Below are positions 51,434 through 64,000 of a DNA stretch of 64,000 nucleotides, one piece after another; the stretch's first letter is position 1; every line of letters starts with the position of its first letter. The stretch is from NCBI RefSeq assembly GCF_009914755.1, contig NC_060934.1; one strand, given 5' to 3'. The position numbers were made by a program, and so were the translations under genes. The stretch is from the human T2T-CHM13v2.0 reference genome, Homo sapiens. The notes beneath the pieces were generated by a model. That model did no database searches. It saw nothing but the letters and a program-made list of their open reading frames with translations, and was not told where the DNA came from.

Positions 51434-54400
51434 GCCGCGCTGGCTGCACCCGCCCAGGCCCGCACCCGCCCAGTCCCGAGGGCCCGGCCCTGTCTGCCCA
51501 TGACTTCACTGGTGTGAGCTTGTCCGCCATGCTGTACCCTGCAACATCCTGAGACCAAAGACCTTGTGCCCTTCCCAGGAGCCGCGGAGGAGGACAGTGA
51601 GGGAGGAATGGAAACGAGAGATGTGAAGTTGGCAGCCGGGGCATGGCGTTCAAGATTTTGGAGATGAACTGATTCCGCCCAAATAGAATCATGTTTATTT
51701 TTTCAGCTCTCCCTTTTATCATTATTCACACTCCTCTGCCCTCGATTTGCATGAAGTTGAAAATTGTTGCGATTTATTTTTTCAAGAGATCATGTTTTTA
51801 AAGTGTCTTTTGCAGAGTTTTAAGTTGTTCTGTCTGAACTCTGCTGTGATCCCATGATGTGACCCTGATGGGCTGGACTTGCCCCTCCGGTAGCCTTCCT
51901 TGGCCCTCCCAGCGAGGGGCACCCTTCCTCTGTGCCCCAGTGGGCATCACCGTCGATCTCGCTGGCTGAATGAAGAAGACCGTGTTACTGCAGAACCTGC
52001 CAAGTCTGTCATCACTGTGGGGTGTAGCCTGCCTCAGAGGGACCTGCAATCACCTCTCTGAGCTCAGTGGTATTTTGAGAATTTAATGTTTAACTGTACC
52101 CCTTTCCCTCAGGAAGATTTAACATTTGCTTGGGAATGTGATTTTGCTCCCACCCTAAGGAATTTTTATCACCAAAATGAATGTTAATGAATTTAAAACC
52201 CATGGTTTATCATTGGCAAGAGGCAAGTTGACTTCATCCTGTCATTCCAGCCTGGGGTCTGCCAGCCAGCCCTCCTCCCCGACCCAGCGCCTAAGCTCAC
52301 AGAGTGTCGTCGCCCACCTCCCTGGTCCTTGCTCTTGTTAACCCAAGATGCTGCTACACAGATGCCAAATGGAAATCTTCCACAGGGCTTTTTCAGTAAA
52401 CACGTGATGTGGAGTGCAAGCTCCTCCCCTTCCCACTAGAACATACTTTAACAGAAAACGAGTCGGACCTTCTAGCTGCACTCTGTACTGTGTGCCGAGA
52501 AGGCATTTCTAGACCCGTGTTTTTAAAGGAGGGAACTTTGGGGATTGCCAGCCCCTGCTCCTCCTCCCAGGGAGCCAACTGTCCCTCCTCCCCTGTCCCT
52601 GGGCCCATGGGGCCCGGCAGTGGCTGTGTCCCCTGCCTGAGGGCTCTGTGCCTCCTGCCTCAGATGCGGCCTGTGCCAGAGAGGCTGCCTGTACAGCCAG
52701 GGTCAGTTTGGCCCCAAACAGGGATTCAGAAACCAAATGTGTGTTGTGGCCATTTTATGTGTGTCTCCGTCTTATTTTAATACCAAATTCATCATGTAGT
52801 GAAATTATGTCAGGAGGTATATGAGTGACTGAATTCTTAACTATAGCTTATCTGTGTTTTGTTAGCCCGAGGGATATGTGCAGGTTGTTGGCGCTATTCA
52901 TGCACTGAAATGAAATCATACTGACCAGTGTACACACAAGATTATCAGTGCCCGCCGCATCCATCACTAGGAAAGGAGAGAGCGTTTTCTGTTTAGGCTC
53001 ACTGCGCAAAGGGAGGCCTTGGCTAAGTGGCAGTTTTCTTCTCCCTACTCCAGGTAGGAAGTCTGTTCAGCCACGGCTGGGCTGTGTGCGGGGCAGGGAG
53101 CGTGGCTGAGGAGCAGACAGCAGCGGGCCGGGCTGGCTGCCTGGTGAGCAGTTTGGTGCCTCGGGTGTTGTGCATGCCCGGCTCAGTATTTCCTCTGGGA
53201 TGCCAGTCCTGGAGTGTCTTCCTCAGAAGGTGCCGTGTCCCTTAGTGGGGGGAAGTACTGATCTCACTTGGTGTAGAGGGTCACAGGGACCCCCCGAGGG
53301 TGCTGAGTGGCCTGCTACTGGCACGCAACCTGCCCCCGTGGGATGAAGCCCCACCGCGTAGCTTGACCTTAGAGGGGACCCCACTCTAAGCATCCTTTTT
53401 TTTAAACAGAGCCATCTAGATACAAAAGTCAGTTTCTTAAGATGCCTCTCACTGAGCACAACACCAGTGTGATGAGTGTATAAAGATGAGGGGTCCTTGC
53501 AACAAAGCAAAGCGTAGCCCATGCTGGAAGAGGGCATCTATCCCCCTCTTCGGGTCTGCGCAGTGCTGGCCTTCCCTGAGCTGTGGGGAGCCAAGCCTGC
53601 CTAGCCCAGCTTCTCTGGCCTCAGGAACTCTGCCCTGTCAACCTATCTGGGCTCACGTCTGCTTCTCCACACACAGTCTCTCGGGGATGCCTTGCTACTG
53701 GGAGAGCCTCTGGAATCAGAGCTAGTGTGTTGGTGCCCTTTTCAGAGCTCTGCTGTTCCTTTATAAATCCTAAAGAACTGAGTCTGGGGAGAGGAGAGGG
53801 GATGCCAGCTGCTGCCTCTGACTTCAGGGAGAAGCAGACTTCTTAATACTGTCTTACGTGCTCGGTGTGATGGCTTCTTGCAAATTATTCTCTTATAAAA
53901 GAGCTCGGCAGGAGTGGCATCAGTGAGGCTCCCAAAGGATGAAATTTTAGCCGCCAAGTTCGTATTCATTTTCTGTTATTCTTTACCTTCTGTTAGTCAC
54001 ACTATTTTATAACATTAGGGAATCTAAAATAATTCCTGTCAGGTCCCTGAAGGAATGAAGGCTAACATCTCCTTTGGGGAGAGCTTAGGACCCTTCAAAC
54101 AACACTCATGTCTGAGCGGCCAGATTCCTCCTCCAGGCCCCATTTTCCCTCAGGAAACCAACCTCTCAGATGGTTGGAGGAGAAACACTGGGCTGTTGCT
54201 TCTTTGGGGCAGCAGGAGAATGACTTTGGCTTGGAAGGCCTCTGCCATTCATCTCTACAAAGCCAGTGGGGTCCGGCAGAGAAAGACCGTGGAATAGCTG
54301 CGGTCTCGATGTGGCTGCTCTTTGGCACCTCCGCTGGACTGCCCTCCCGCGGCGGTGACCTTTTCAAGTGTGGAAGGGAGTGGGTCGAGTGGACCAGATG

Positions 54401-57400
54401 CAGACCCCTGAGTTCTGGATACTGATGGGAGGCCTCACCCTCCTTTACGGGGCCTCTCTGGGTGGGACAGAGCCTCACCTGCTCCTGAGCAGCCACTGGT
54501 GCCCCACGGTTCCTCTGAAACTAAATCCCTAGCATCCAGATAGTCCTGGGACACTCTGCCTGCTCTGTAAATGAGGAGGGCTTTTCTCCTGCTGTTTGGA
54601 GGTTCCGTCCCTTCACTGCTTGTCCCATATGCGTCAGGCAAATTCAAAATCATACATTTAAACTCTTAGGAAAACAAAATCTTAAGACTTACACAGATAT
54701 CGGGGTGCTAATCAACTGGCTTAAATCTTGATTCTTACATAATTTGAACTTGAAAGGTTACATTGAACTCTGTTCTTTCCTCCCTCCTCACCTCACTCCC
54801 TGCAGGGAGTTCAATGCCATGTTGAAGTGGTTGGCATCCCCAAGTGGGAGGGAGTGGGGCATCTTACCATCTTCTAATGTGACTTCAAGGAACAGTGCAA
54901 ATGTTGAATGCAGAGCTTCACACTAATACGGAACAGTAACTGTGAGTATATTTACCTGTGCTGTCGTCAGCACTGTACACTAAAGGACCAGCTTTTCCAA
55001 GCCTAGGAAAATAATGGTAGATACAAATAGAAATACATTTTCCCTAGGAAATAGAGCAATAGGAATTTGAGCTAAGCAGGTACCATGAACTTCTGCCCTC
55101 AAATTCTCTCTTTGGGTTGAGGAGCAGACCTGTATAGGCCCTGGCTGATCAAGTCTGTGTCCTGCCTAGTAAAAACACACAACCACCTCTGTCATCTGAA
55201 GGCCAGCCGGGGATCTGTAGCCATCCTCGCCTTGCCTAGGCCCAGGAAGGTGAGGTCTCCTGGGCAACCAGAGTTGCCCCTGTGGTTCCCCAGGGGTGAT
55301 CCTAGGCAGATGACTCACCCGGGCTGGCACAGGAAGGTGCTCACCTTGTTCTCTGGGGCTCCAAGCAAGAGCAGGCCAGGGAGGGCTGGCTTTGCACGCT
55401 ATGTAGCATGACCCAAGCTCCCTGGTGGCATGGGAAAAACTCCCCTCTGCTTTTGAGCCCAGATATGGGCTTTTCTTTGCAAAGGGTTGAGGAGAAATAC
55501 AAGACTGAGCTGGTAGGTTAGGGTCCAGAAGGCCTCTGAGGTGCCATTGCTTACTTCCTTACTGAGGAAACTGGCTCTTGTCCTGGGCCATGTAGTTCCA
55601 TTCTGGGCTCTAGGCTAGTGGTGCTTCTGTCCATCAAGGGTATCTGGGTGAGTTGTAGGTTAACCCAGAATTTAGTAGGGATATAGGGGTTTGAATAGGA
55701 AAGTGATCTGGGGATTCAGAAATTTTTCTGATGTATCAATGAGCAACTTCTCAGTGGATTTTTATACCTCAGGGTCATTTGCAAATCTTTATCTTTTCCT
55801 ATTTCTTAGGTGTTCAAGTTGGTTAATAGGAGAGAGACGTTCAGAGACTTCTAAGTTGAGGTTCATTTGCCTCCGTTTGAGGGGTGAGTGGTGCACCAAT
55901 AGCTTGCTGCTGTTACTTAGCAAGGCTGTGACAAGTAGGCCTTCCTCCTCTAGCACTTGCAAGCTTTCTGTCTGCGATCACGGTTTACTTGCCCATTTCC
56001 CTTTTGCTACCTTCTTTCCTATCTGGAGATTCATATTCTAGAGTCCCTGGTCAACCCTACGGATGCGAAGAAGAGATGGCAGTTCACAGCAACTGCATAG
56101 AGTAGGGAGCAGCTTTCCTCCCACCATCCTAGGCTGGGGACCTTCTTTGCTTCTCACACCACTGTGGTTGGCTCAGCTCAAGTAAGCACGTTCTCTCTGT
56201 ATGCTAGAGCTACTGACATCATCTCTACTAGAATTGTTTTAAATATCTTTTGATGGGAAATACCAGGTTGAACTTCAAGCATCATGGAAACAAAGGTTCT
56301 AGCTGCAAGAGAGTAAAGTTCTAGGTGTTTGTATGCCAAGGTTTATATGTACACAGATCCAACACATACTGTAAGAAAGACTTGAGTACACAAGGTTTTC
56401 AGGTTTTAATGCCCATTGGGACCGTGAACAAATGAGAAGAATGGGAGCATTGTCTTGCCTCGCTTGGAAGGACGCCTTCCGGCATCTGATCCACATGGAT
56501 TCACTTTTAGGATGCAGTTCTTTGGGGGCCAGATTTGGCTGCAGATTCACCCTGAAGAGAACTATCCAATGGGCCTGGTGGGGCTTGGGTGCCTGCCTTT
56601 TTTGTTGGAGGCTCAGACTTCTAGAGCAGAGCAAAGTTGGGAAGAATGAGGTCTTAGGATTCTCATTCCCCAGAGAGCCCCAGCCTCGCTTCTGATCATT
56701 ACTCCCCAAGTCTGAATCTACTGTGAAGGTGAAGTTATCAATTTTTTCTTGTTTGAGTCCTTTAAACCCACAAATGTATATGCTTTATTTTATATTATTT
56801 ATTATGTACATATGCCTGTTAGTACTTCGTCTGTGACTAGGACAAGGTCTGTCTTGAAGCTTCCTCATCCATGGATCCTAGGGTTCTGCTGTCCTTTAAG
56901 GCGGGTGAGAGGGTAGTGTTGTTTTTTATAAACAGGTTGCTGCTTTTATGTTGGCCCTAGCATCCCCAGCCCCTTTAGTTGGGCCCACCTGTATTCCTTA
57001 TGACCAGTGTTTTGGATGAGGATGGAGGCAGGTCTCCTACCTTGTGGGCAGGGCCTCTCAAGTACCTCCATGAAATATTTCCAAGGTGGTTTCTTGGTGA
57101 CAGGCTCTCTTCCCCTATGTAGGGTACAGTACAGCTGTGAGTCCACGGCCTCCCTCCTCCCAAGGCAGGTCACTTGCCTGGCCCCACAGTGATAATGGTT
57201 TCTTCCACTTACCTTAGATTGCATAATCCATCTTTCTGGATAATGGAAGCTGCCTGCCTATCTGGGCTCTTAATATGCCTTTTCTTGGTTTTGAGGCCCA
57301 GTGCCAACATTGCCTTGGCCCTCAAGTAAGACCCTGCTTTGTGTCTGACTTTGATCCTCCTCAGCCTTTATTCACTGTATCATAGTGTACAGGTCATGCA

Positions 57401-57618
57401 TTTGAGCAGTGAAGTTTTCTGAACACAGTATTCAGAGCTGTGTACATAAACCTAAATAAGCACAAATGACATGTATAGGATTGAGCTGATTGTCTTAATG
57501 AATGCATTTTATAATTCAAATGATGTAGATGTACAGTCTCTCCTATTTATTTTGTACCAATTTATTTGTAAATTTTGTGATTGTTTTACAAGGTTTTTGT
57601 TTATTTCTATTCTATTTA

Positions 57619-57624
57619 GATAAA
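57619..57624 (+). terminator. Candidate CNNM2 variant poly(A) signal GATAAA
   Basis: Ends a U-rich block with several UGUA elements (57523-57570). Confidence 0.4.
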
Positions 57625-59194
57625 TGATGTTCTGTTCACCCTGCTAGCAGATGTGTGTTCCCTCTTCCCTTTCATCTGTGCAACACCAACCATGCCATTG
57701 TATTCAGCTTGGCTGAACCAACTGCCCTACCCACTTGCCTGGCTTTGCTGGTGGGAAAGCTGGGACTGGATCTCAGCATGACAACATAGAAGAGCATCTT
57801 CTTTGGACAGTGTAAAGTCTTAAGAGAAGTGGGTACTAGTTCTGTGCCTCCAAGTCACAGCCTGGTACAGCCAATCCTAGGGGGAAGGTGTCCTTCTTTG
57901 CAAGGATTATAATCTGTTCTCCATCAGTTACTCTCTACATAAGAACATTCGGAGTATCCAGTCAAATTGCCCCAGACATTGGCTGCTCAGTCACTAATAA
58001 CAACACACAGTGCCGCTGGGCTAAGCCGGCATTTCCTAGGTAAGACCAAAGGTCTCATTCAGGCCTCTCAATTGGCTCTTGAAAACAAGGATGGCTTTAT
58101 AGGTCCTCCTCTGCTATGCTAAGCCTGGGAGGAAGGTCGGAGCAGGCATGGATAGTCACTTTCAAGTGGAAAACATCCGGCCTGAGTGTGGCGAGGCGTG
58201 TGCAGGTGGGTCTTCAGGATTCAGTGGATATCCTGCATTCCCCAGTAATCGGTGTGTATGATACACGTTCTTTTCCATCACTACTTTGTCTTCTGTTCCT
58301 TCTTACCCTCATCACTCACATGAGACCAGTCCCTGAAGAACTTACGGTGGAGCTTCAGGGACCCTCTGTGATCCATTCCTAAACCACATCTTTTTGGAAT
58401 CCCTTTTCTCTCCACTTTTAGTCTCTATTTTACATTCCAAAGAGGATCGTGCTCTGAAAATTTAGCCTCTTGACTGGTCCATTTATAGTCTCCACTGAAT
58501 TTATTTAACCGTGGCATTTGCAGTCTTTTACTTACACTTGTTCTGTGGATGGAGACATTTCAGGGAAGAACTGCTGACAGAATTGGCTTTCAGACACTGC
58601 CTGACCTAACTACCGCTCCCATCTCCCCAGGTATCGCCCAACTACCTGAAAGTAGAATGAGGTGTATCTTAGCCCAGTGAAATGCTGTCTTCGAACCCTG
58701 CTTGCTTTCATTAGAAGCAGGGCAGAAAGTGGCAGCAGAGCTAGGGAAAGAAATCATGGTAGCACATTCACTCCCAGCCTCCTGCCTTGGTTTGTTTTTC
58801 CTGTTTTACTCACTTGGTCTAGATGAGCCCTTAGCTCAAATCAGGAAATGCTCCAAGGAAAATGGAGGCAATTTTTCCTGCTGTCAAGATGAGATTTGCC
58901 TAAAACTCCCCCCTGCATCCTCAGAGTGCGCACACATCCGCTCATTTCTAAGCTTTATCGTGATGCACCCGGGGTTTCTATTTCACAAAAATTGTGCTCC
59001 CTAGAGCCGTTTTTCAACTCGGCACTTCTGAGGAAACAAATATTGATCAGAGGGTCTTGTAGAGAAAGTGGTTAAAAACTGACCTTTTTATAGCCTGGAG
59101 TTGATTTCTGGAAACTTATTTTATACTTTTTGAAGGTAATTTAAAAGAGATGATTCTTTATTAAAGCCAAAAAGTTGAATTCTATTAGGTGGAT

Positions 59195-59200
59195 AATAAA
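59195..59200 (+). terminator. Candidate CNNM2 distal poly(A) signal AATAAA
   Basis: ggatAATAAActc followed by U/GU-rich ttttgctttctttgtatggtggttttgt; ATTAAA at 59160. Confidence 0.55.
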
Positions 59201-61393
59201 CTCTTTTGCTTTCTTTGTATGGTGGTTTTGTCATTTTCCCTCCAAGGGCCTCATATCTGTGCTCTTATTTTCAAGCAGTCCCAGGACAAAGGGATGGTTC
59301 TAGGGCCCTTTTCTCTGACTTTCTGCTGGCATGCCATCTCCCCTAGTGGATTACTGAGGACTGAGGATGCACGTTTCTAAGGGAGAATTAGTTGCCCGAC
59401 TTCTGAAGTGCTTTTCCTGTCAGGGTATTAGTGACTGTGCAGTGTTCAAACAGGAGGCCAACACATGATAGGAAATTTTAGATGGGGCCAGTTTTCCTAC
59501 TGCAGTTCTACTAAGTCATTGACTTGAGGTCAGTGGGTCCAAAAAGTGACTTGTTTAAAGATACCCACACACTCAAGTCAAAGATAACTCTGGTGAGAAC
59601 ACTCTCTCAAAGACTGGACACTGAGTAAACATTTTTCAGTGTGGGGAAGGTTTGCTTGGCAAATCTTCTTTCCAAGTATCTCAAGAACTTGTGAGACGTG
59701 GAAGGACTATTGCTGCCTTTCGTGGGAAAAATGTGTGCTCAGCTGCTTGGGCTCCAGTTTGTGTGGGAAGGTTTATCTCAGGCCTTGTCTACTCCCCTCG
59801 CCAGACATGGCTTTGGGAAGAGCTCCATGGGAGACCAGAACATCTGGGGACATAGTTGTACCTAGTTATTTTGTGTGAAGAAACAAAGGGACGAGATTCA
59901 AAATTCATCATTGTGTTTTAAATTTAAATTGGAAAACATAGATTCCTCATCCTTAAACAGAGTCAGCAAGTTTGAGATGAAATGTTTGTGTTCAATGGGG
60001 AGTACTTTTTTGTGTTAAAGCTCTACAGAGAAACTTCTGTATATATTTTATTTTTGAGATCACATACCTTTGTTGGAATGAATCAGACTGTTGTGGCCTT
60101 GGGATGAAGACATTGTGTGTGAGGACAGGGAAAAATGGTTGAGAAATCCAGGTTAAAGAATAGAAAAGCTTTTTACTCATTCTATAAATGAACATGCTGC
60201 CTGTTTAAAGGACTTGCTTTCTGCTGTTTCTAGATACCTAGCAGCGCGAGAACTGTGTGACGTGCTGCGTTCTTGTTACGGGAGGTGCGTGACGGGGCAG
60301 CGGGGGTTTCTGGAAGTCACCTGTTTCTGCTTTCTGGTTGCCTGTGCCTGTGGTCATCCCTGCTCCTTAGCAGTAGTGCATGTTTTTCTTCTATCTGCAG
60401 GGTTGCTCTGGTAGCTCCATGGTAGAGATTTCACTCTCAGGGCCTCCCAAAAGTTGTGTATCATTTGAAATTGTTCTATTTGAGGAAAAACTTTTAAGAA
60501 AAGCTGGATTCCCTGATCACCACTAAAGATCATCATGAGAAACATAAGTATTTGAGCCCTAAACTACTAAGCCCAGTGAGGAATTGGAGCGTTAACTGTA
60601 TGGCAATAGCTAGATCATAGTTACCATTTTTCCCACCATCAAAGACAGATTAAATAGTTTCCATAACATGGAATGTGGGTAAGGTTCCTACCCTAATACA
60701 GACTTAAATATGTAGTTGTCTCAGGCTATTCGTGGTGAATAAGCAGAGTATTTATTTTAAAATGACCAGGCAGCCTTGGAAAAATTGCTGGGCTTTAAAG
60801 TTGTTGACAAAGTATTTCTTAAATAAATACATCTGATTTAGAAATACCTAAACATGGACAAAATACTTCTAAATCTGACATGCAACTGCATGTGGCTTTT
60901 TAAAGTGGTTTCTTAACAATGCTAATGTGACTTAAGGATTTGTAGTTCTATTAAAAACGACTTCTAAAAGTATCTTAGGGTAGCTTGAAGGGTTTGCGTT
61001 ATTATTTTAGGTCTCAGCAGAGGTATGCTTATGGCAAGAGAAAAATCTTAGGTCTAAATAGAACCCTAAACTTTCTTGGCTGTGACCAACTTTTCTGAAG
61101 TACACCATCAGAGTTTTCACTGACTATCTATCTTTGCAGAGATGAATGAATGTACTGGGCAATTCCTCTGCCCAAGGAAACCCAGCAGGGCCTGGGTCTG
61201 CTGTACCACTGACCAACTGCTGGGGAGGCTAGGGGACCTGTCAGTACATGCTGTAAGGTTGGGAGTTCAGTCTAGCAACCAAGAAGGGGTTGCCTGGTGT
61301 TCTACAATGCCTATAGTGTTTTCAAAATGCCTGGGAAAAAATTCTCAAAAGAAGTGGCAGAATGGTCTTCTCACGGTATAAAACTCCGCAGGA

Positions 61394-61414
61394 TTTTTTT
61401 TTTTTTTTTTTTTT
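61394..61414. repeat. T21 homopolymer
   Basis: Direct reading. Confidence 0.95.
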
Positions 61415-62292
61415 AAGGAAAAAAGTATACCTTTTAAGTTCAGCTTCCTTAACTACTGGCAACAGAGAGAAACTCATAATTTGTTTTAAAAAGCCCAGTT
61501 ACAGCTGCCCTGCCTACCCATGGACCATTGACTTCCCAGCACACTCTTAAGAATAATATACAGAGAGGCACCATTTTGCTCTGGGTCTTATGGAATCCTA
61601 GAGCTCTTGAATACGTTTTGGTGGTCCTACGGAGAGCTGTAACTAGCAGTGGAGTTGTTGCTTATTCCAGCTGTGTGCTTTTCACTTTCCGATCTTTGGA
61701 CCCAGAGAATCATTTGCCATGGAATCATCTGGCTAGTAAGACACTCTTATATGGATGCAATACAAAAAGTGGTAAATTAAAGCAAAGCAATCATGTGGTC
61801 CTTACTCTAAAAGAGACAATATGTAAATGTACTATTATAATAAGGTAGCTCTGCAGATGTAATAAGCTACTCATAAATTATTTGGGTTTAAGAAAACTTA
61901 AGACTATGTTAAACTGGACAACATCTCCATCTTGAGTGAGAGTAATTAGTAACTAGGATGACCACACATTCTCCTAACACGGGCAACAGTCTAGTCTAAT
62001 TGTTATTGCATTTCTGACCTGATTCTTTTAAAGGGGCATATATTCCCAATATATACCATTTAGAATGTATGTATGTTTCTTGGATGACTTAATCTGAAGC
62101 CATATAAGTCCAAAGTAGTGAGACAGACAGTATATCCTTGACTAAGTTATCAGGCTGTGTTCTCTGCTTATAAAATAATTTTTTAAAAAGCCTCACTTCA
62201 CAGTCCTGTTCCAAAAATCTTTCTGTGAAAAAATTGAGGCCTATGTAACACCATGAATATAATCATGTTAGAACATAATCAGTTCTTGAATA

Positions 62293-62298
62293 TTTATT
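62293..62298 (-). terminator. NT5C2 poly(A) signal AATAAA (distal of pair)
   Basis: tttatt on + strand, 118 nt beyond the first signal. Confidence 0.7.
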
Positions 62299-62410
62299 TC
62301 CTTTAAGAGAATATCAAACTGATGTCACCAAATCTAAACCCACTTGAAGACCAATAGCTATTACAGTTGTACTACAGAATAGGTCAAAGTCACCGTTAGA
62401 AATATTACAC

Positions 62411-62416
62411 TTTATT
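62411..62416 (-). terminator. NT5C2 poly(A) signal AATAAA (proximal of pair)
   Basis: tttatt on + strand, 1.5 kb past the NT5C2 stop. Confidence 0.7.
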
Positions 62417-62625
62417 GAATTCTGGAGCAGCTAATCTACCCTCCCCTATTGACCAATGACAAGAATGGAAGAAAATATACAATGGTTAAAGAAAGAGTCT
62501 ATAACCACTGTTTGTTTAAAATGTTGAAACAACTTTCACTGTACTGGTGAAACAGTTTTAATACCCTAACATACACAGTAATGATTCATTCTTGTTTAAA
62601 ACAAGAGGTGATTTCGACTTGGGAT

Positions 62626-62927
<302 letters not shown>

Positions 62928-63912
62928 TTGACTTGAGATTCTGAAGTGAATTTATTCACACTGATTGTGCCCTCTACTTTAGTAAGGTTCTGGCTTACAG
63001 AGCCCTCTTCCCATCCTCTGATGTTCAATTTTAATATACAGCAATCAACTCTTAGAGGACAAAGAAATCTGGAATTGGGTAGCATGAGCCACAGCTATAT
63101 AGCCCACACTAATGCATGTTCTGTAGTATAAGAAGGCAGTTCTTCCCTTTCTTTTCTGGGGGCTTGTTCCTTTGTCCACTTGCAGCTAAATTCTTTCTAT
63201 AGATTTATCACAGATAAGAAGGAGGTTGTTTTTGGATAACAAATAAGCATTTGTGCTATTAAACAAACAAAAGGTAATAAGGATACTGTCTTTTCCCTCA
63301 AAATAGAATCCTGCCCTAAAGCAACGCAAGTAGAGCATACTTCTGTGCAAAGCCAGTGATAGAGAAGCAGCCTTGCCAGAGTCACTGAGGATGAATTAAA
63401 GGCTTATAAAAGAAAACTTGACCTTAACAGAGACTACATTTGATCATGGAAATAATACATTTCTCCACTGATATACAATACCATGTAATGCACTGGAAAA
63501 GTTGGACCTTGGAGTAATAGCACAATTTGTAACATTACAGATCACCTCTTCCCACTCTTTGTTCCACTCTGAGACTCTTTCCTTTTCCTCGTGTATCCAG
63601 ATACACTGACATACGGATGATTTTAAAAGTGTCACAAGCCACAGTGGAGCCATATACATGCAGTTCAGCCTGATTTTACCCTTATTTTCTTCTAATACAG
63701 ACTCCATTACAATTTTGGACCATCTGCAGAGAGTACAGATACACAAAACCAAAACAAGTATCTATGATAATAAAATCTTCAGAAACTTTTCAGACGTACC
63801 TTTCATGGAGCCCCCTCCCTCCCCCGAGTAGAACCCTAACAGGGACCTCGTTTGTTCCTGTGAGTCCTGCCAGGACTTGTTTAATGGGTGCTTGGGGTTT
63901 TGGTTTTCCTCC

Positions 63913-64000
63913 TTATTCTTCCTCCTCCTCCTCCTCTTCATCATCATCTTCGTCATGGCAGTGTGTAATTTCCTGGGGGGCCAGTGGGAAGAGGTTGGGA
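63913..64000 (-). CDS. NT5C2: NT5C2 (cytosolic purine 5'-nucleotidase II) last exon, C-terminus PNLFPLAPQEITHCHDEDDDEEEEEEEE*; continues beyond the window
   Basis: Reverse strand reads CCC AAC CTC TTC ... GAG GAA GAA TAA (stop 63913-63915). Recognised acidic C-tail of cN-II; missed by the ORF track because it is truncated. Confidence 0.96.
   Translation of the reverse strand, partial: PNLFPLAPQEITHCHDEDDDEEEEEEEE

Larger units (their letters stand above)
51434..59220 (+). other. CNNM2: CNNM2 long 3' UTR (minimum extent to the first canonical AATAAA; longer isoforms may run into NT5C2)
   Basis: Follows the stop codon; by-eye scan finds no + strand AATAAA until 59195-59200; Alu-free. The 3' end cannot be fixed from sequence alone. 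Confidence 0.7.

Noticed and set aside
51434-62000. Many 60-136 aa ORFs in the CNNM2 3' UTR
   Set aside because: Expected by chance in GC-balanced sequence on both strands; no recognisable protein.

Overview
Primate, almost certainly human, genomic DNA: Alu/L1/L2/MaLR-rich, with two human-specific AluYb8 copies. It holds the 3' part of CNNM2 (CBS-pair divalent cation/Mg2+ transport mediator, + strand): the tail of the long first intron, coding exons 2-8 and a very long 3' UTR. The exons are 23961-24104, 28583-28720, 31049-31218, 42883-42976, 46028-46093 (cassette), 50339-50523 and 51224-51433. On the - strand, converging on it, are the last 28 codons and the 3' UTR of NT5C2 (cytosolic 5'-nucleotidase II, acidic C-tail). 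The CNNM2 exons join in frame with consistent phases. Most other ORFs in the track are repeat-derived noise. I found no new protein-coding system. The best second-look items: (1) a composite Alu-unique-Alu insertion inside a single TSD; (2) a MER85 piggyBac MITE nested in a Charlie1a terminus; (3) two AluYb8 copies; (4) a GC-AG intron; (5) exons beginning with 5' splice-site motifs (recursive-splicing candidates); (6) a candidate poison exon; (7) a stop-free exon 2+3 circle flanked by inverted Alus; (8) a 30-bp GC-rich minisatellite near the cassette exon; (9) a 13.5-kb Alu-free zone where the two 3' UTRs converge. Repeat subfamily calls and boundaries are by eye from remembered consensus sequences and are approximate.
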